Part shown: positions 25,381 through 39,752 of the stretch, piece by piece | Layout: each line of letters opens with the position of its first letter | How positions within the stretch are numbered: position 1 is the stretch's first letter | Source of the DNA: the human T2T-CHM13v2.0 reference genome, Homo sapiens | Direction: 5' to 3' (one strand) | Length of the DNA stretch: 64,000 bases | Assembly (NCBI RefSeq): GCF_009914755.1 | Contig: NC_060936.1 | Program-made: the position numbers and the translations under genes | Notes under the pieces: model-generated | Told to the model about the DNA's origin: nothing | The model's database searches: none | The model's input: the letters and a program-made list of their open reading frames with translations, nothing else

Positions 25381-25840
25381 TCTTTCCCGCTGGATTCTTC
25401 ATCCTTCCTTAGCCCCATATGGGAGAGCTGATGTTCACTGGTTCATTACGCTGACACCCAGCTGGCTTGAGAGAAGAGAAAGAACCTGTCACACCTCAAC
25501 CCTGCTTACCTGGGACCCAGGCGTGGAGGGACACAGGTGCCAGCCAAAGCCTCAGACGCAGTTCCAGTGGAACACACAGGTGATGTCTCCATCGCTCTGC
25601 AGTTGACAAAGCAGGTGTTCTGGCTCCCTGGGTCTGGGTGAAGTTTTCTTTGGAACCAGTTAGGGTGTGAAGTTTGAGGAAACTGGCAGATCCAGGGTGC
25701 CTAGAGCTAGAGGGGTTGTTTTTACGTTGTAAGTCAAAAAGAGCCTTGAGCAGAAATGTCCTCACCTGCTGCAGAATCAGGCATCCTCTGCCAAGGAGGG
25801 CTGGGAGGCATGGAGGCCTCTCAGACATGGAAAGGGGCCC

Positions 25841-26430
25841 GTGTGTGTGCATGCGAGTGTGTGTGTGCATGTGAGTGAGTGTGTGCATGTGAGTTTGTGC
25901 ACATGTGTGTGTGTGTGCATGCGAGTGTGTGTGTGCATGCAAGTGTGTGTGTGAGCATGTTTGAGTGTGTGTATGTGAGAATGTGAGATATTGTGTGTGC
26001 ATGTGTGTACGTGAGAGTGTGTGAGGAAGTGTATGTATACATGTTTCAGTGTATATGTATGTGGGAGTGTACATGTGTATGTTTGACTGTATGAGTGTTT
26101 ATATGTGAAAGTGTGTGTGAGTGTGGGAGAGAATTCTGCGTATGTATGTGAACCTGTGTGCACGTGTGAGTGTGTATGTGTGTGTGAAGACGTGTGCATG
26201 TATGTGTGGACATGTTTGAGTGTGTGTGTAAGAATGTGCACGCGTGAGTAGGCTTGAGCGTGTGCATGTGAGAGTGTGAGAATGTGAACATGTTTGAGTG
26301 TGTAAGTATGTGTGAGTGTGTGTATGAAAGTGCACGTGAGAAGAATGCGTAGGTGTATGTGAACGTGTTCATGTGTGTGTACGTTTGAGTGAGAGTGTAT
26401 GTGTGTGTGTGCATATTTGAATATGCATGC
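25841..26430. repeat. ~590-bp degenerate (TG)n/(CA)n low-complexity tract
   Basis: Alternating purine-pyrimidine sequence; source of the His/Thr-rich ORFs. Confidence 0.95.
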
Positions 26431-26599
26431 GTTGGTGGGTAGTATGCACAATTTACGGCAAAAGAGATGCCAACCACCTCTGCTATTGGTCTCCAATTCA
26501 CCACCTGATTCCCTCCTCTGGGAATGTCCTAATGTATTCTGAGCTAACATGACAACTAGGGTCATGGTTATATTTATATTCAAATCAGAGACAAGACAG

Positions 26600-26860
26600 C
26601 ATCATGCCTAGTAACACCGCATTGGAACTGGAGAACCCTGGGTTCTGATCCCAGCCCTACCACTCTCTTAGCTCTGTGACCTTGGGTAAGTCACTTGGTC
26701 TGGGGAACTTCCTTTCTTCATCTGTAGAATAGGCGTAAGACCCTCCTCACTGTCTTCTTGTGGGGACTAAACAAGAAAATGTACATAAAATGCCCTATCT
26801 GGTGCTTGGTATATAGTAAATATTCACTGCATGGTGGTTTTTACAACAACAATAATAATA
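26600..26860 (+). mobile_element. MIR
   Basis: ctgtgaccttgggtaagtcact...tttcttcatctgtagaatagg. Confidence 0.8.
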
Positions 26861-27020
26861 AATCTGGACAGTGTTTAGGAGTAGAAAAGTTTTTAGGGTA
26901 ATAAGAGAAAGAAGAATAGACACTCAAGGAAGTCTATCAAACAGAAACTAGAATAGAGACTGGAAAGAGAAGTTCCAGCCAGCATGAATCAGAAAACTAT
27001 CAGCGGGAATTCCGATGACA

Positions 27021-27480
27021 TGTGTTGGCAGGAAACAGGCGGCCCAGTCAAAAGGAGTAACTGCGAGAATTTAAGGATGCTATTTATAAAGGTGTGGGCA
27101 GGACTAAGGAAATCAGCAAGGGATGGAGAGGCGCATCAGAGACACTGAGGAGCTGGTGGTATCAATAGCCCTGAAGGAGCAAAGAAAGAGAATGTCATTG
27201 AAATTCAGAGAGAAAGAGAGAAGAGAGGTCTCCTGACAAAAGCTGAGATTTCTAGTCAGGACGCTGCCAGCCCTAGGCAACCTGGCAGTGAAGGAACCAG
27301 GGAAACAAAGGCGCCAACTTCACTGCCCCCTGCCCCTCACATCACTTATGGTGCCTCCCATTGTCTGAATCCAGCTGGGAGCCAGAGACAAGAAGTCAAA
27401 TGATAGAATCTTTACAGGGCAGCCACATGGGTGGAGAAAAATGGAGAATGGATGGGAAGGGGCAAATGGAAGATTCCCGG
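27021..27480 (-). mobile_element. Ancient LTR (LTR67B-like)
   Basis: ctatttataaaggtgtgggcagg...gtgcctcccattgtctgaatccagctgggagccagag. Confidence 0.6.
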
Positions 27481-27492
27481 CATGTGAGTCTA

Positions 27493-28323
27493 GTGTGTCT
27501 GTCAGGATTGCATTGCTCTACTAGTCAAAGAGACCTAGGACAAGCAAGATAGGGATTTGTCTTATCTTATAGAAAAAAGAAAAGTATAGGCCGGGCGCAG
27601 TGGCTTATGCCTGTAATCCCAGCACTTTGGGAGGCCGAGGCGGGCAGATCACAAGGTCAAGAGATCGAGACCATCCTGGCCAACATGGTGAAACCCTGTC
27701 TCTACTAAAAATACAAAAATTATCTGGGTGTGGGGGCGCACACCTGTAGTCCCAGCTACTCAGGAGGCTGAGGCAGGAGAGTCGCTTGAACACAGGAGGC
27801 AGAGGTTGCAGTGAGCTGAGATCACACCACTGTACTCCAGCCTGGCGACAGAGAGAGACTCCATCTCAAAAACAACAACAACAACAAAAAGTACAGAGGT
27901 AGGCAGGGCCACCATGTTGCCTAACTCCAGGGACCTCTGTTCACAGCATAAACAGCGAATGGTGCTCCCTGAAGTTAAGAAACAAAGGCTAGCAAGTGAC
28001 ATAGTCAGTGTCTCAGGTTGCCTATGTTTTTCTGCTCTGCCATCCTTAGCACTGGCTTTCATCCTCAAGGTTGCCTCATGATCACAGGTGGTTGCTAGAG
28101 CTCCAGCCATCACATTAGGAAGAGGAAGGAAAGCAAGAAGGGGCAAAAGCTCTCTGGAAGCTCCACCCAATGACTTCTGCTTATATCTATTTCATTTGCC
28201 ATCCCTACTGCAATGATGCTGCAAACTCTAATTTCTTTTTAACTTGACATCATCTCACTCCCCGCCAAAAATATGTGAGACTTTAATTGAAGAAGAAAGA
28301 GAATAATTATTGCCTCTGCCTCA
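27493..28323 (-). mobile_element. MLT1K-like MaLR LTR split by an AluSc
   Basis: ttctgctctgccatccttagc...cctcatgatcacaggtggttgct...gacttctgcttatatct. Confidence 0.7.
27589..27886 (+). mobile_element. AluSc
   Basis: aggtcaagagatcgagaccatcctggcc and cctggcgacaga diagnostics; (CAA)n tail; TSD aaaagtata / aaaagtaca. Confidence 0.93.
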
Positions 28324-29269
28324 AATAAGTACTGAGTTGGGAGTCAGAAGGCCTAGGTTCTGGTCTCTACTTTTATTCTAATTGACTGGATGATCTTGGG
28401 CAAGATACCAGTTAATCACTCATTGGCCTGTGATTAGCTACTATGCCTCAGCTTCAGGCTGTGGGACTGAATTCAGTTCTTATCTATGTATCCATCACTT
28501 TGAAACCCAAGTTAAAGCTTCACCAACCACTCAAGGCATACTCTTCTCATGGTTCAGGGCAGGAGTACAAAGAAACAAACCAATACTATATAAGCACATT
28601 TAAAGTTTCTACTCAGAAGGGATATAGAGTACATCTGCTCACATCTATTAGGCAAAGTAAGCCACAGGAGCAAGACTGAAGTCAGTGGGGCAAGGAAGTA
28701 TATTCCTGATACAGTAAACCATGACAAGAGTGGCAAAAGAAGAAGGAATTATAAACAAATAATACAATCTTTGTTTAACTATTGTCTTGAGGTATTGAGC
28801 ATTACCTCAATTAATTCTCACAATAATTGTTTATGATAGGAACTTTTACCATTTGACAGTTTAAAAAAAAAAGACAAAAACTGAAGCTCAAGGGGTTAAG
28901 CAGCTTGTTGAAGGTCGCAAAAGTGTCAGACCTGCAGCTCAAACTATCTGAATCCTGAACCCAAGCTCTTAACTTTCAGGCTAGCTGTAGAAATCTAGTC
29001 TGATTTTGATGTCCCTTAATTTCACATTTCCTGTAGTTCTTCTGCCACATTAGCACTGTTTATTTTCTATGCAATGAAATGTTTTATGATGCTTCAGCCC
29101 AGCAGCTCACCTGTAAGCCCACAGCATTTATGTAAATACTTCTATTATTAATATTATATGAGCCTTGTTTCTAATTTATTACAAAATCCAAGGCTGTCAT
29201 CTTGGGAGCTATGTCTCCTATAAGCAATTGCATTCAGAAATGAAACAAATGTGAATGTATAGATATAGT

Positions 29270-29748
29270 ATACACCATTGGGAGTTCACCCATAAGCTCC
29301 CAGTGCATGCCATTCCTGTGCATGCTGATGGCTCCTAGTGCAGGCATCCACAGCTCTCCCTTTGAGGGCTTCTCCCGGAATCTCGCTCCCGAGGTAGACC
29401 AGCAGTTCTGGTGAGCTGACACTCCCAGGAACAGCCCTCAGACAATGACAGGCTGGGGTTGGAAGATATGTACTCTATCTTTTTATCCCTCAGGTAGGAC
29501 AACTCCAAGGCACGTTCTGTATTGTGTCTCAGAGTTCCCCAGCAGGAATGAGCCTCAGTTACCCATAACAGTAACCTACTCATTAACACATGCTGTATGA
29601 ACTTCTTGCCTTTCAAATTTCTCCACTCCCACTCCCTTACTGGTGCTTACTGGAATCACCTCCAAAAGCAAAACAAAATGAAATAAAAATTTATGAGCAC
29701 TCAGATACTTGTTTTGGGGTTTACCTCTGAGGAAACACTACTAAGACG
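29270..29748 (+). mobile_element. LTR16 (C/E-like) ERVL LTR
   Basis: caggaacagccctca...cagagttccccagcaggaatgagcctcagttacccata...ctaagac. Confidence 0.75.
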
Positions 29749-32700
29749 AGAGGTGACTCATTATTATTTTATTATTGATGAAAAGTAATTGGCATCCTCT
29801 ACCTTGGTGGTAACTACTTGCATTCCTTTCATTTGTTTACTTCCAACAAGGTTTAACTTTTCAAGGAGGGATCCCACAGGCTCCAGTGAAGGCTTTGAAT
29901 ACTCTCAGAAGAAAAATGGACATTCGCATAAAATGCATCTCCCAGGACTCTTGTAGGCCCTAGATTGATTTATTCAATACAGAAAGACAGAGAGAAAGCT
30001 ACAGGGAAGCCCTAACTGAGGCAAGAGATCCAGAGCTCCAGCTCTGGGGGAAAGTTCATAGACTACTGCTAAGCTAATAGCCTCTTCCATTTCTGGCTTA
30101 GCCAAGTTCAGGAACATCATCCTTCATAGCTCTAAAAACTAGACTAAGCAAAAGCCAGGCAAAAACTCATTGTCAGAAATTCTTCATTCTGTGCCTGGGA
30201 GTGCACTCTTGGTTGTTTAGGTTGCTTATCTGCTGGCCCTGTGTTCACCTCTTCAGTTCTCCGAAGCCTTCACCCTCCACGGCGTCACTACCGACTTCAA
30301 AGCCTTCTCCACCCTTGGAAGTGACTCGTGGATGTGTAGGTGGCAGGAGGAGGAGGGAGCCGCGAGCAGGACTCCAGCCTCTTGCCTTTTGGCAAAGAAG
30401 CGAGGGCTGCTGCAGAGGCCAGAATTAATTCCTCCTGCTAGCCAGAAGGCCAACACGTTGGGATGAGCCAAGCACGCACCCACACCCCCACAAAACCAGG
30501 CTTCCCTTTCCTCGGGGTAGATTTCTCCAGTCCACTTTCATTAGCCTGGCTCCACAATTTGATAGTGGGTGGAAAAATGGGCTTTGAAAGCAGCCAGCCA
30601 AGCTTGAATTGGAATCCAGGGCTCAGTGGAGAATGACTTCACTTTTCTAGGCCTTACTTTCCTCATCTGCAAAAGAGAATGTCAGTATCTCTTTTACCAA
30701 ATTGTTTTAAGAATCAAGGAGAAAACTAAAAATCATGTGTCAATGAGAACACAGCACACAGTAGGTGCTTCATAACTGCCAACTTCGATTACTGTCATCG
30801 TTATTACTACTACGCCCAAAGGCCCTTGGCTGGTTTCCCTCACTAGCCTTAATTCCATTTCTCTGCTTTCCTCTCCTTTCTTTGCATGCTAGAGGACGTA
30901 ATTCATCTTGCTCCCCTCCGAAATCCTGCCTCCCTTGCAATATTCTCCTGGGTTTTTTCAGAGCCGTGCTACCACCTGGAATTATCCCAGCGGCCTCTTT
31001 CAGAGGCAATAAGATCTTTCTTTGTGAAAAAGCCACAGCAAAAACCAGTTGAAGCATTTTAGATGTGGTCTGACCACTGCCCGTTCAGTTCACCCAGAAC
31101 AATGTCTCCTCTATGGAGGCTGCGTCGTAAATATCTTACTTGCTTATCCTAGGCTAGGAAGTGGTCTCCGGGGCCAAGAGATTGCTTTCTTCTCGTTTAT
31201 TTATGGGGAAGACTTTTAAAATCCCACTCTTTGGGTCTGTAAAGCCCATTACTGACACCGACAATGGCAAGGTTTCACTAAAGCAAGGTACCTATGGCTC
31301 AGTGCCTCAGTTTCCTCATCTGGAAATGTGTCATGACCTCCTGTTACTAATTATGATGCCTGGTAAGACTATTACTATCATAAATAACAGTATTAAGAGA
31401 AACACCAGTTCTCAGTTGCTGAGAGTTTACAATGTTGCAGACACTGTGCTAAGTGCTGTGTTTCATTCATACCTCCATTAATACAGGTCATCGTCATTAT
31501 CGTCCTCATTTCTCAGATGAGGAAATTGAGCATCAGACAGGTTACATACACATAGGCAAGATTATATGGTAATAAGAGGCAGAGCCAGGATTTGAACCTA
31601 GGTCAATGGGATCCCAAAGCCCAAAGCCTAACCACTCCCAACAAACTCCCACTCGGTAACCATGCTACCATAGTTACCATAGAGAACCCAGTAAGAAAAA
31701 CTCACAGAGCATGACCAACACCACTGGACGGGATGGAGTTTATCTTTCCTTCTATTATTTTTATTATAAGACCAGAACACCCTAGTAACTACCAGCCCCC
31801 GCAGCCTAAACAGGCGGTAACCAGGGCTTGCTTCGTGTTAATATGGTGAGCCTCACCCTAGAACTAATAACACAGCATCTGCGCTCTTCTATGACCCTCC
31901 AGTCTCTGGGAGCTATGAGCAAACTCATTCCCCTATAAAAACAAAGAAGCCAAATTGGTTTCAAAGCAGCTGTCTTTATTATCTGGAGGCAAGGAAAAGC
32001 TTACGAAAGCTTTCTTGGGATCTGAGCCTAGTTTTGCTGTCTTTCTGTAGAAGACCCCGAGGGGAGCGCCTGTTGAGTTAATTCTCTTAGCCTCAGTGCA
32101 GAGTGGGCACAGGCTGCCTCCTGGCCTTTAACTCAGAGCTGACATGCCCCCGTGATCCTCTGGGAAGCTCCAGGCTGGCTTCTGGAAGAATGGATAGAAC
32201 CTTGAATGCCCAGCAGGAAGGGCCCTAACTGCGCCAACTAGAAGGCTTTCCACTCTTCAGCAGCAGCTGATGCGGGAAGACACGGTTCTCTTTGTTCTTG
32301 GGCTGGTCAACAAAATCTCTGCACTTAGTCTTCTCAGCTTGAGGCTGGGAGCTTAGTTTCTTCCTCTCCTACCATGAAGACATGGCAGGTGGTCAGTCCC
32401 ACATCCAGAAGCCTCCACCAGATGTCCCCATGGGTGCCTTCTTCTGAACCATCAAATTCTCAACTCAGTTGTCACCTCCTCCAGGAAGCCTTCCCTGACT
32501 ACTCAACCTAGAGCATCACATCTCCCTGTTTGTTTTCTTTTCACTATGAGAAATTACCTTGTTTGTTTAGATATTTGATGGCTTATTGACAGCACTCCCT
32601 GTCCTCCCCACCCTGGAATGTAGGCCCCAGGAGGGCAGAGTCCTTATCTGTCTTGTTCACTTCTGTGTTTCCAAAATCTAGAACACCGCTTGCTTGTAAA

Positions 32701-33311
32701 CTAGATTTGTTGAATGAATAAATTCAACAAATAACTGATTGAATGAGAGACGGAAGATGAGTATTCACTTCTATTTGCTACTTAAGGAGAGAGAGGACTA
32801 ATGAAAGCAAAGCAAAATGGATAAGCCAGCAGTCCTGTGACCTCCATGAACAGCCACCACACTTCCTCATACCCCATCCCTGGCCCTTTTCTCTGTCCCT
32901 ACTGAGTGGTTGGTTCTCCACCAGACTGAGCTCCTGGCAACCTGAGGCATTGTTTCATCTAGTTTCTTATCCCTAAAACCAGCACAGAGCTGGGTGTGAG
33001 CAGAGTGGGGCATCAGACTTTCGGGATTCAAACTCCACTGACTCATGTGTGATTTTTGACAAGTGACTTGTGCTCTCTAAAGCCAGCTTCTTCATCAGTA
33101 CACAGGGATCATAATAGAACTTTCCTCCTAGAATCCACACGGGGATTAAATGCGACAGCTGTGTATAGTCTAGGCCAAACTTAATAATTATAATAATAGT
33201 TATGATCATCACTAAATGTGTTAAGGTCTTAAATGTATTATTACAGTACAAAGTGTTTTAAAATGTGTAAATATTATATACATATTTAAAATGTATTATT
33301 ATTCAATATTC

Positions 33312-33462
33312 TTTTTATATTATTATTATACTTTAAGTTTTAGGGTACATGTGCACAATGTGCAGGTTAGTTACATATGTATACATGTGCCATGCTGGTG
33401 TGCTGCACCCATTAACTCGTCATTTAGCATTAGGTATATCTCCTAATGCTATCCCTCCCCCC
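33312..33462 (-). mobile_element. Young L1PA (PA2-PA4-like) ~150-bp 3' end
   Basis: Close to recalled L1 3' UTR consensus; TSD ttattcaatattctt (33299-33313) / ttattaaatattctt (33463-33477). Confidence 0.95.
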
Positions 33463-34302
33463 TTATTAAATATTCTTATGTCATAAATATATTATTATAA
33501 AATGTTTTCCTGTTTAAAATGTATTATTCAATGGTTTAGTGTTTTACATGTGGTATTTTTTAATGTTTGCTGAATAAAGAAATTTTTTAAATGAATGATT
33601 TCATTTCTCTCTCTTTCCCACCCTCTACCCCTTTTCCTCTGCAAATTGAGGGCTTAGGCTCTAAAACTTGGACTATGACAGCTCCATTTCTATTTCTGTC
33701 CTTGAGCCCACATTTCTTTCTATGCAGAAAAGTCTAAGGTGAGCATTCTTATGGAGAATAGCCCAAACAAGAGCTTTGCAATCTAACAGACCAGTATGTG
33801 AAGCCTGGCTCTATTATCTACCCCTTTAAGTTTCTCTTTTATTATTTGCAAAAAGAGACTCAGGAAATCTACCTACTTCACAGGTTCATTTTGAGGGTTA
33901 AAGGGGAGACTGCGTAAGAGAGGGCTCAGTCCAGACTATACGTATTTATTGAGCACATACTCCATGCCAGCTCCACTACTAGGTACTGGGGATAGCTCAG
34001 TAAACAATAACAGAGCTCCCGCTCTTATGGAGCCCTAGTGCAGCAGCCTGGTGTTTTTCCCTTTCTGAGTAGTGGACTCCATATTCCCTGGAAGGCCAAG
34101 ATTCTCAAGTCCCTGTCTAATTATGTGGCTGTCTGCCTCCTCCAGCATTCTTTCTCCTCCATCCAACTCTCCTTCCTCTCATGTTCTTTATCTAACTCAC
34201 AGTGGCAGACATTTAAAGAATATGGAGAGCTGAGTATGCAAGACACATAAAACTAGAAAGATGCTACCTTAGATGGTGAGCAACTGAGAGCAGGGTCGAT
34301 GC

Positions 34303-34689
34303 TGTAGTGGGTACCGTGCTGATTGCCCAGATCCCACCTTGGACAGAAGCGTTATTCCCTCACCTGCTGGGAATATTGCCAGCTGATGGCTCTTAGCTGG
34401 TAGCCTCCCTGGAATTGCCCTTGGCTAAATTGCTTTTTCTCTCAAGGTTACATTCCCTCCGTGGGGCAGCCGACATCCAATGACTGGTCCATGCTGGTCT
34501 CTTTCTTCCAACTCAGGACAACTCAGAAAGGCGGTCCCAGTTCCAGCAGTCCCTGTGGGTCTAGCCAACGTCTTATAACTGCACCACTGCTCAGTCTCTC
34601 CTGCTGTTTAATATTGCTTCCTTCTCTCTCATCTCGCATAGTAATCTCCATCTCAGAGTCAGCCTCCTGGGTGAATTCAACCTGCAACA
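34303..34689 (+). mobile_element. LTR16A-like LTR inserted in an L2 3' end
   Basis: tgtagtgg...cctgctgggaatattgccagctgatggctct...tctcagagtc...cctgcaaca. Confidence 0.8.
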
Positions 34690-34749
34690 CAGTGCTATCC
34701 TCAGTGTCTAGCACGTAGTCAGTGTCAATCAATATTTGTAGACTAAATG

Positions 34750-35838
<1,089 letters not shown>

Positions 35839-37874
35839 AAGAATTTATAGAAAAAAATTCACCTTACAACTTTGATCCTTCCTTTTTCCATTATTCATGC
35901 TTCCCAGCACTTAGGTATTTTGGGAGAACGTTCAGTCTTCCCTGAAGATACAAATGACACTATCAGCTGAGAAAATGTATAGGCATTCTATGCATCCACT
36001 AATAGAACAATCAGGAATCTTAAAAAGTACCTGCAAAATTCCTAGAATCTTTGCAAACCCAGCTCTAATATCATTGCCTCCTAGAAGTCTTTCCTAAATC
36101 ATTCCAGAAATAATCCTTTGATCACTCTCTTCGGGGTTGCTCTGGCCCCATTGTACTGACTCCATAAGGTGCCATTATCTATTTCGATGTCTCTTCCACT
36201 GACCTATGAAGCTATACATAATTGAGCTTCTCAGAGAAATATTCTCTATACAATGGAAGCTAAATGTAGACTTCTTCAGGGTCTGTTCTCCAACTGGTAA
36301 ATAGGTGTTTGGCCAGGTTGCGTGAAACCTGCTAAAGGAATCCCTAAAAAGGTTTGTGGAGATTCTAGAACTTCTCTTTCACAGAGCTTGCCATGATCCC
36401 TGGGTGTATAGTCAATGATAACAATTGCTTATGTTTCTAAACACTTTCTTGTGCATGCCTTTTATCTGTTCTTATTATCAGCAGCAGTCATTATTTTATG
36501 TCTCATTTGTTGAGTTCATGATGTGTACCAGCCCCTGAGGTAAGCACCTTACCTATATCATTATATTCATTCCATATGGCCTTAAGAGGGAGGTATGACT
36601 TATTTTATAGATGAATAAGCTGAGAATCTCTCAGAGAAGTCAAGTGATTTGCTCATGGCTATGCAGCTAGTAAGCAGTGGAGCCAGGGCTCAAACCCAAG
36701 TCTGTTTGGCTCTAAGACACTTGATGTTAAGCAATGAGCTAGTATTATGCATTTCATCTTTACAAAGTCCTGTGAGGGAAGCAAAAACGATCTGCTTATC
36801 CCCATTTTACAGATGGGAACTTGAAGTATGGATTATTAAGGGGAAATTTACAGAAAGTCACAAATATATCCTAAAGGGCATAAGGATCAGCTATGCTTCT
36901 GCAAGAGATGGTTGTTATTAATTCAGAAAAGGGAAGCGAGGTGCAGAGAGCAGCAAGCCTGAGGAACACTTACTCTCCCAGAGATGTCTGGTTTCAGACA
37001 CGTGCGTGAATTAAGCACTTGGCACAAAATAGACTCTGGATAGACGTGAGCTGAGGCCGAAGCCATGGACGCAGCAAGCACAGGGGACTCCTGACAGATG
37101 TGATATTTCATGTGGGACCATTCATTCACATGATGGATGTGAGGTGGCGAGGCTGAGCCCAGGGTCCCATAGAAACCGGCATCCATGGGGAAGCACCTCA
37201 CATGCCACAGCCCCCTACCCACTTAGACTTGGAGCCAGCTCCCAGTACTGCCTGCGGGCTCCTCCCCTCCTTCCTCAGCAATAAGCTCCACTGTGGAACT
37301 TTATCAAGTGTTTCCTGACCCTGCAGTAAGTACCTAACATTGCCTGTACTCTCCCTATTCCACCACCCCCGCCCCCGCCCCCGCCACAGCCTGCACCTTG
37401 GCTGCAATATCTCCTCCTCATAAATCACACAGCCATATTAACTGTCTCTCAATCAATCTCTTCCAGGTGTTGGCTCAGACAGTCTCTCAAGGAGAGTGTC
37501 TCTCCCCTTGAGGCTTAGGCGCTAAGAGCCTCCTCGTCTGGGAACAGTTTAAAGCCAGATAGCTTCTTTTCTTTCTCAGGATTTCTTGGTTCAAACTTGA
37601 GACCCCCAGGATCCACAGACTGTAGAGAGCTTTGAAAAACCTAGGAGAGGGTCAAACAGGCTCTAGGGGCATTTATCAACAGCCAAAGGCTTGGTAAATA
37701 TTGCCAATGTTTGATATTTCCACCAGCACATATACTGCAAAGGAAATCTAAACCTCAAAGCTAGGGCTTGAAGCTGAAAGTGTTGGATTTTCCAAATTCA
37801 ACTATAAATATGAGTTTGTTTTAGACAGTTGCCATTTCACATTGTCTGCTCCCTTTATTGGACACTTTGGTGAG

Positions 37875-38234
37875 TGTGGCAGAGATAATGCTATGTATTC
37901 ATAAAATTCCATTACAATCTTTTATTTCCCACAATCATTAGTTAGTTTGAGGACATGTGACTAGGTCCTGGCCAATGGGAGTTAAACAAGCATATCCTAC
38001 CACTTCCAGGTTTGGCCATGAGATTCCCTGAACAATCATCCATAAACTTCTTTCCTTTCCTCAATTACCTAGGAGGTTGTGTATTCAAAATGGAAGGAGG
38101 CTTGATCCCTGAATCACCACCTGGAGGAGAGCTGCCAAAGACGGCTGCCCAATCCATGTGATGAAAGTGAGAGTGTCAAGCCACTGAGTTTTAGGGGTTT
38201 ATTGCTGCAGCATTACCTAGTCTACCCTAATACA
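37875..38234 (+). mobile_element. MLT1I/J-like MaLR LTR
   Basis: tgtggcaga...ctggccaatggga...atccctgaatcaccacctggaggagagctgcc...ctaataca. Confidence 0.8.
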
Positions 38235-38872
38235 ATTAGATTCAGAAAAGCCTATCAGTTTGCAAGATATGACTGCAACCTACTTACATACCGCCTTTCA
38301 TAACCCATCTTCACTTGTAAATGCCATAGCAGCTGTGATTAGTGGTATATCCAGTGGCAAGGAACATCAACTGTTGAGTTGATACTTAATTTGCTGTAAA
38401 TCAGGCTATCAGTTTGCCCCACTAATTAGACTTAAAACTCTATCAAGGAATCATAGAACAGTGGTTAAACATGTGGGCTCTAGACTCAAGCAGACTTGGG
38501 TTTGAATACAGCTTAATCATACACACTAATGTGTGAACTTAGTCAAGGCTTAACTTTCAACTCCCTCATCTGTAGAGAAGAAGAGTATTTGTAGTAGATA
38601 CTGTTGCCTGCATATTATTATGGTTGCTCTTTTCCCAGATCCCTTCTTTAGAATTGAAGGATTGACTCTCCACCAGAAAGATTGTCAGCTGACAGCCTTC
38701 AGATGCCAGAAATAGCCTCATCAGCAGAAAGCTACCTCTTCCAAGGTCACAATACTTTCCTGGGATGACCCAAGTCTAGTGATGGATTCATGGGGAGGTA
38801 TAAAAGTCTGATCTTCTTTCTTCCTGTTCCCAACTTGGGACAGCTCAAAAAGGCCATCCCAGCTTCAGAGCT

Positions 38873-39355
38873 TGTGATGGAGAGTTCCTAAGATGGTCCC
38901 AATGATCTCTGCTTCTTGATTCTCATGTCTTTGTATCATCTCCTCCTCAAGAGCATGGCAGGATCTGTGACTTGCTCCACTGTGATGGAACACAGTGGTG
39001 ATTGGATGGAACACTGTGATGAACCAAGTGGCCATGTTGGGAAGACCCATGTGGCAAAAAAACTAAATGTGGTCTCCTGCCAACAGCCACCAAGAAATGG
39101 AAGCCCTGAGGCCTACAATCTGCAAGAAATGGAATTCTTCCAATAACCACAGGGGCCTGGAATAAGATCCCCCCCTCAGCCAAGCCTCCCACTCTGTCTG
39201 ACATCCTGATTGCAGCCTTGTCAGAGACCTTGAATCAAAGGACAAGCAAAGCTATGCCTGGACTCCTGACCCACCAGAACAGTGAGATACTAAATGTGTG
39301 CTATTTTAAGCTGCTAACTTCGTAATTTGTTATATAGAAATACACAACTAATATT
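38873..39355 (+). mobile_element. MLT1F-like LTR
   Basis: tgtgatgg start; ctcctgacccaccagaacagtgagatactaaatgtgtgctattttaagctgctaa; TSD gagct / aagct. Confidence 0.85.
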
Positions 39356-39402
39356 AAGCTTTCTGTGGGGTTGGCTAAAGCCTTCATTAAGACTGTATTA
39401 CA

Positions 39403-39724
<322 letters not shown>

Positions 39725-39752
39725 TCACAGTTGTTGGTCCTAAGAGCACTCT

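Noticed and set aside
25496-26583. Long ORFs (192, 268, 152 aa) rich in His/Thr
   Set aside because: Translations of the (CA)n tract; low complexity and open in several frames.
27080-27089. Exact MEF2 match CTATTTATAA
   Set aside because: Isolated motif inside an LTR relic; no other support.
31655-31690. RFX X-box-like gtaaccatgctacc / gttaccatag
   Set aside because: Imperfect matches, explained by a short 9-bp tandem repeat.
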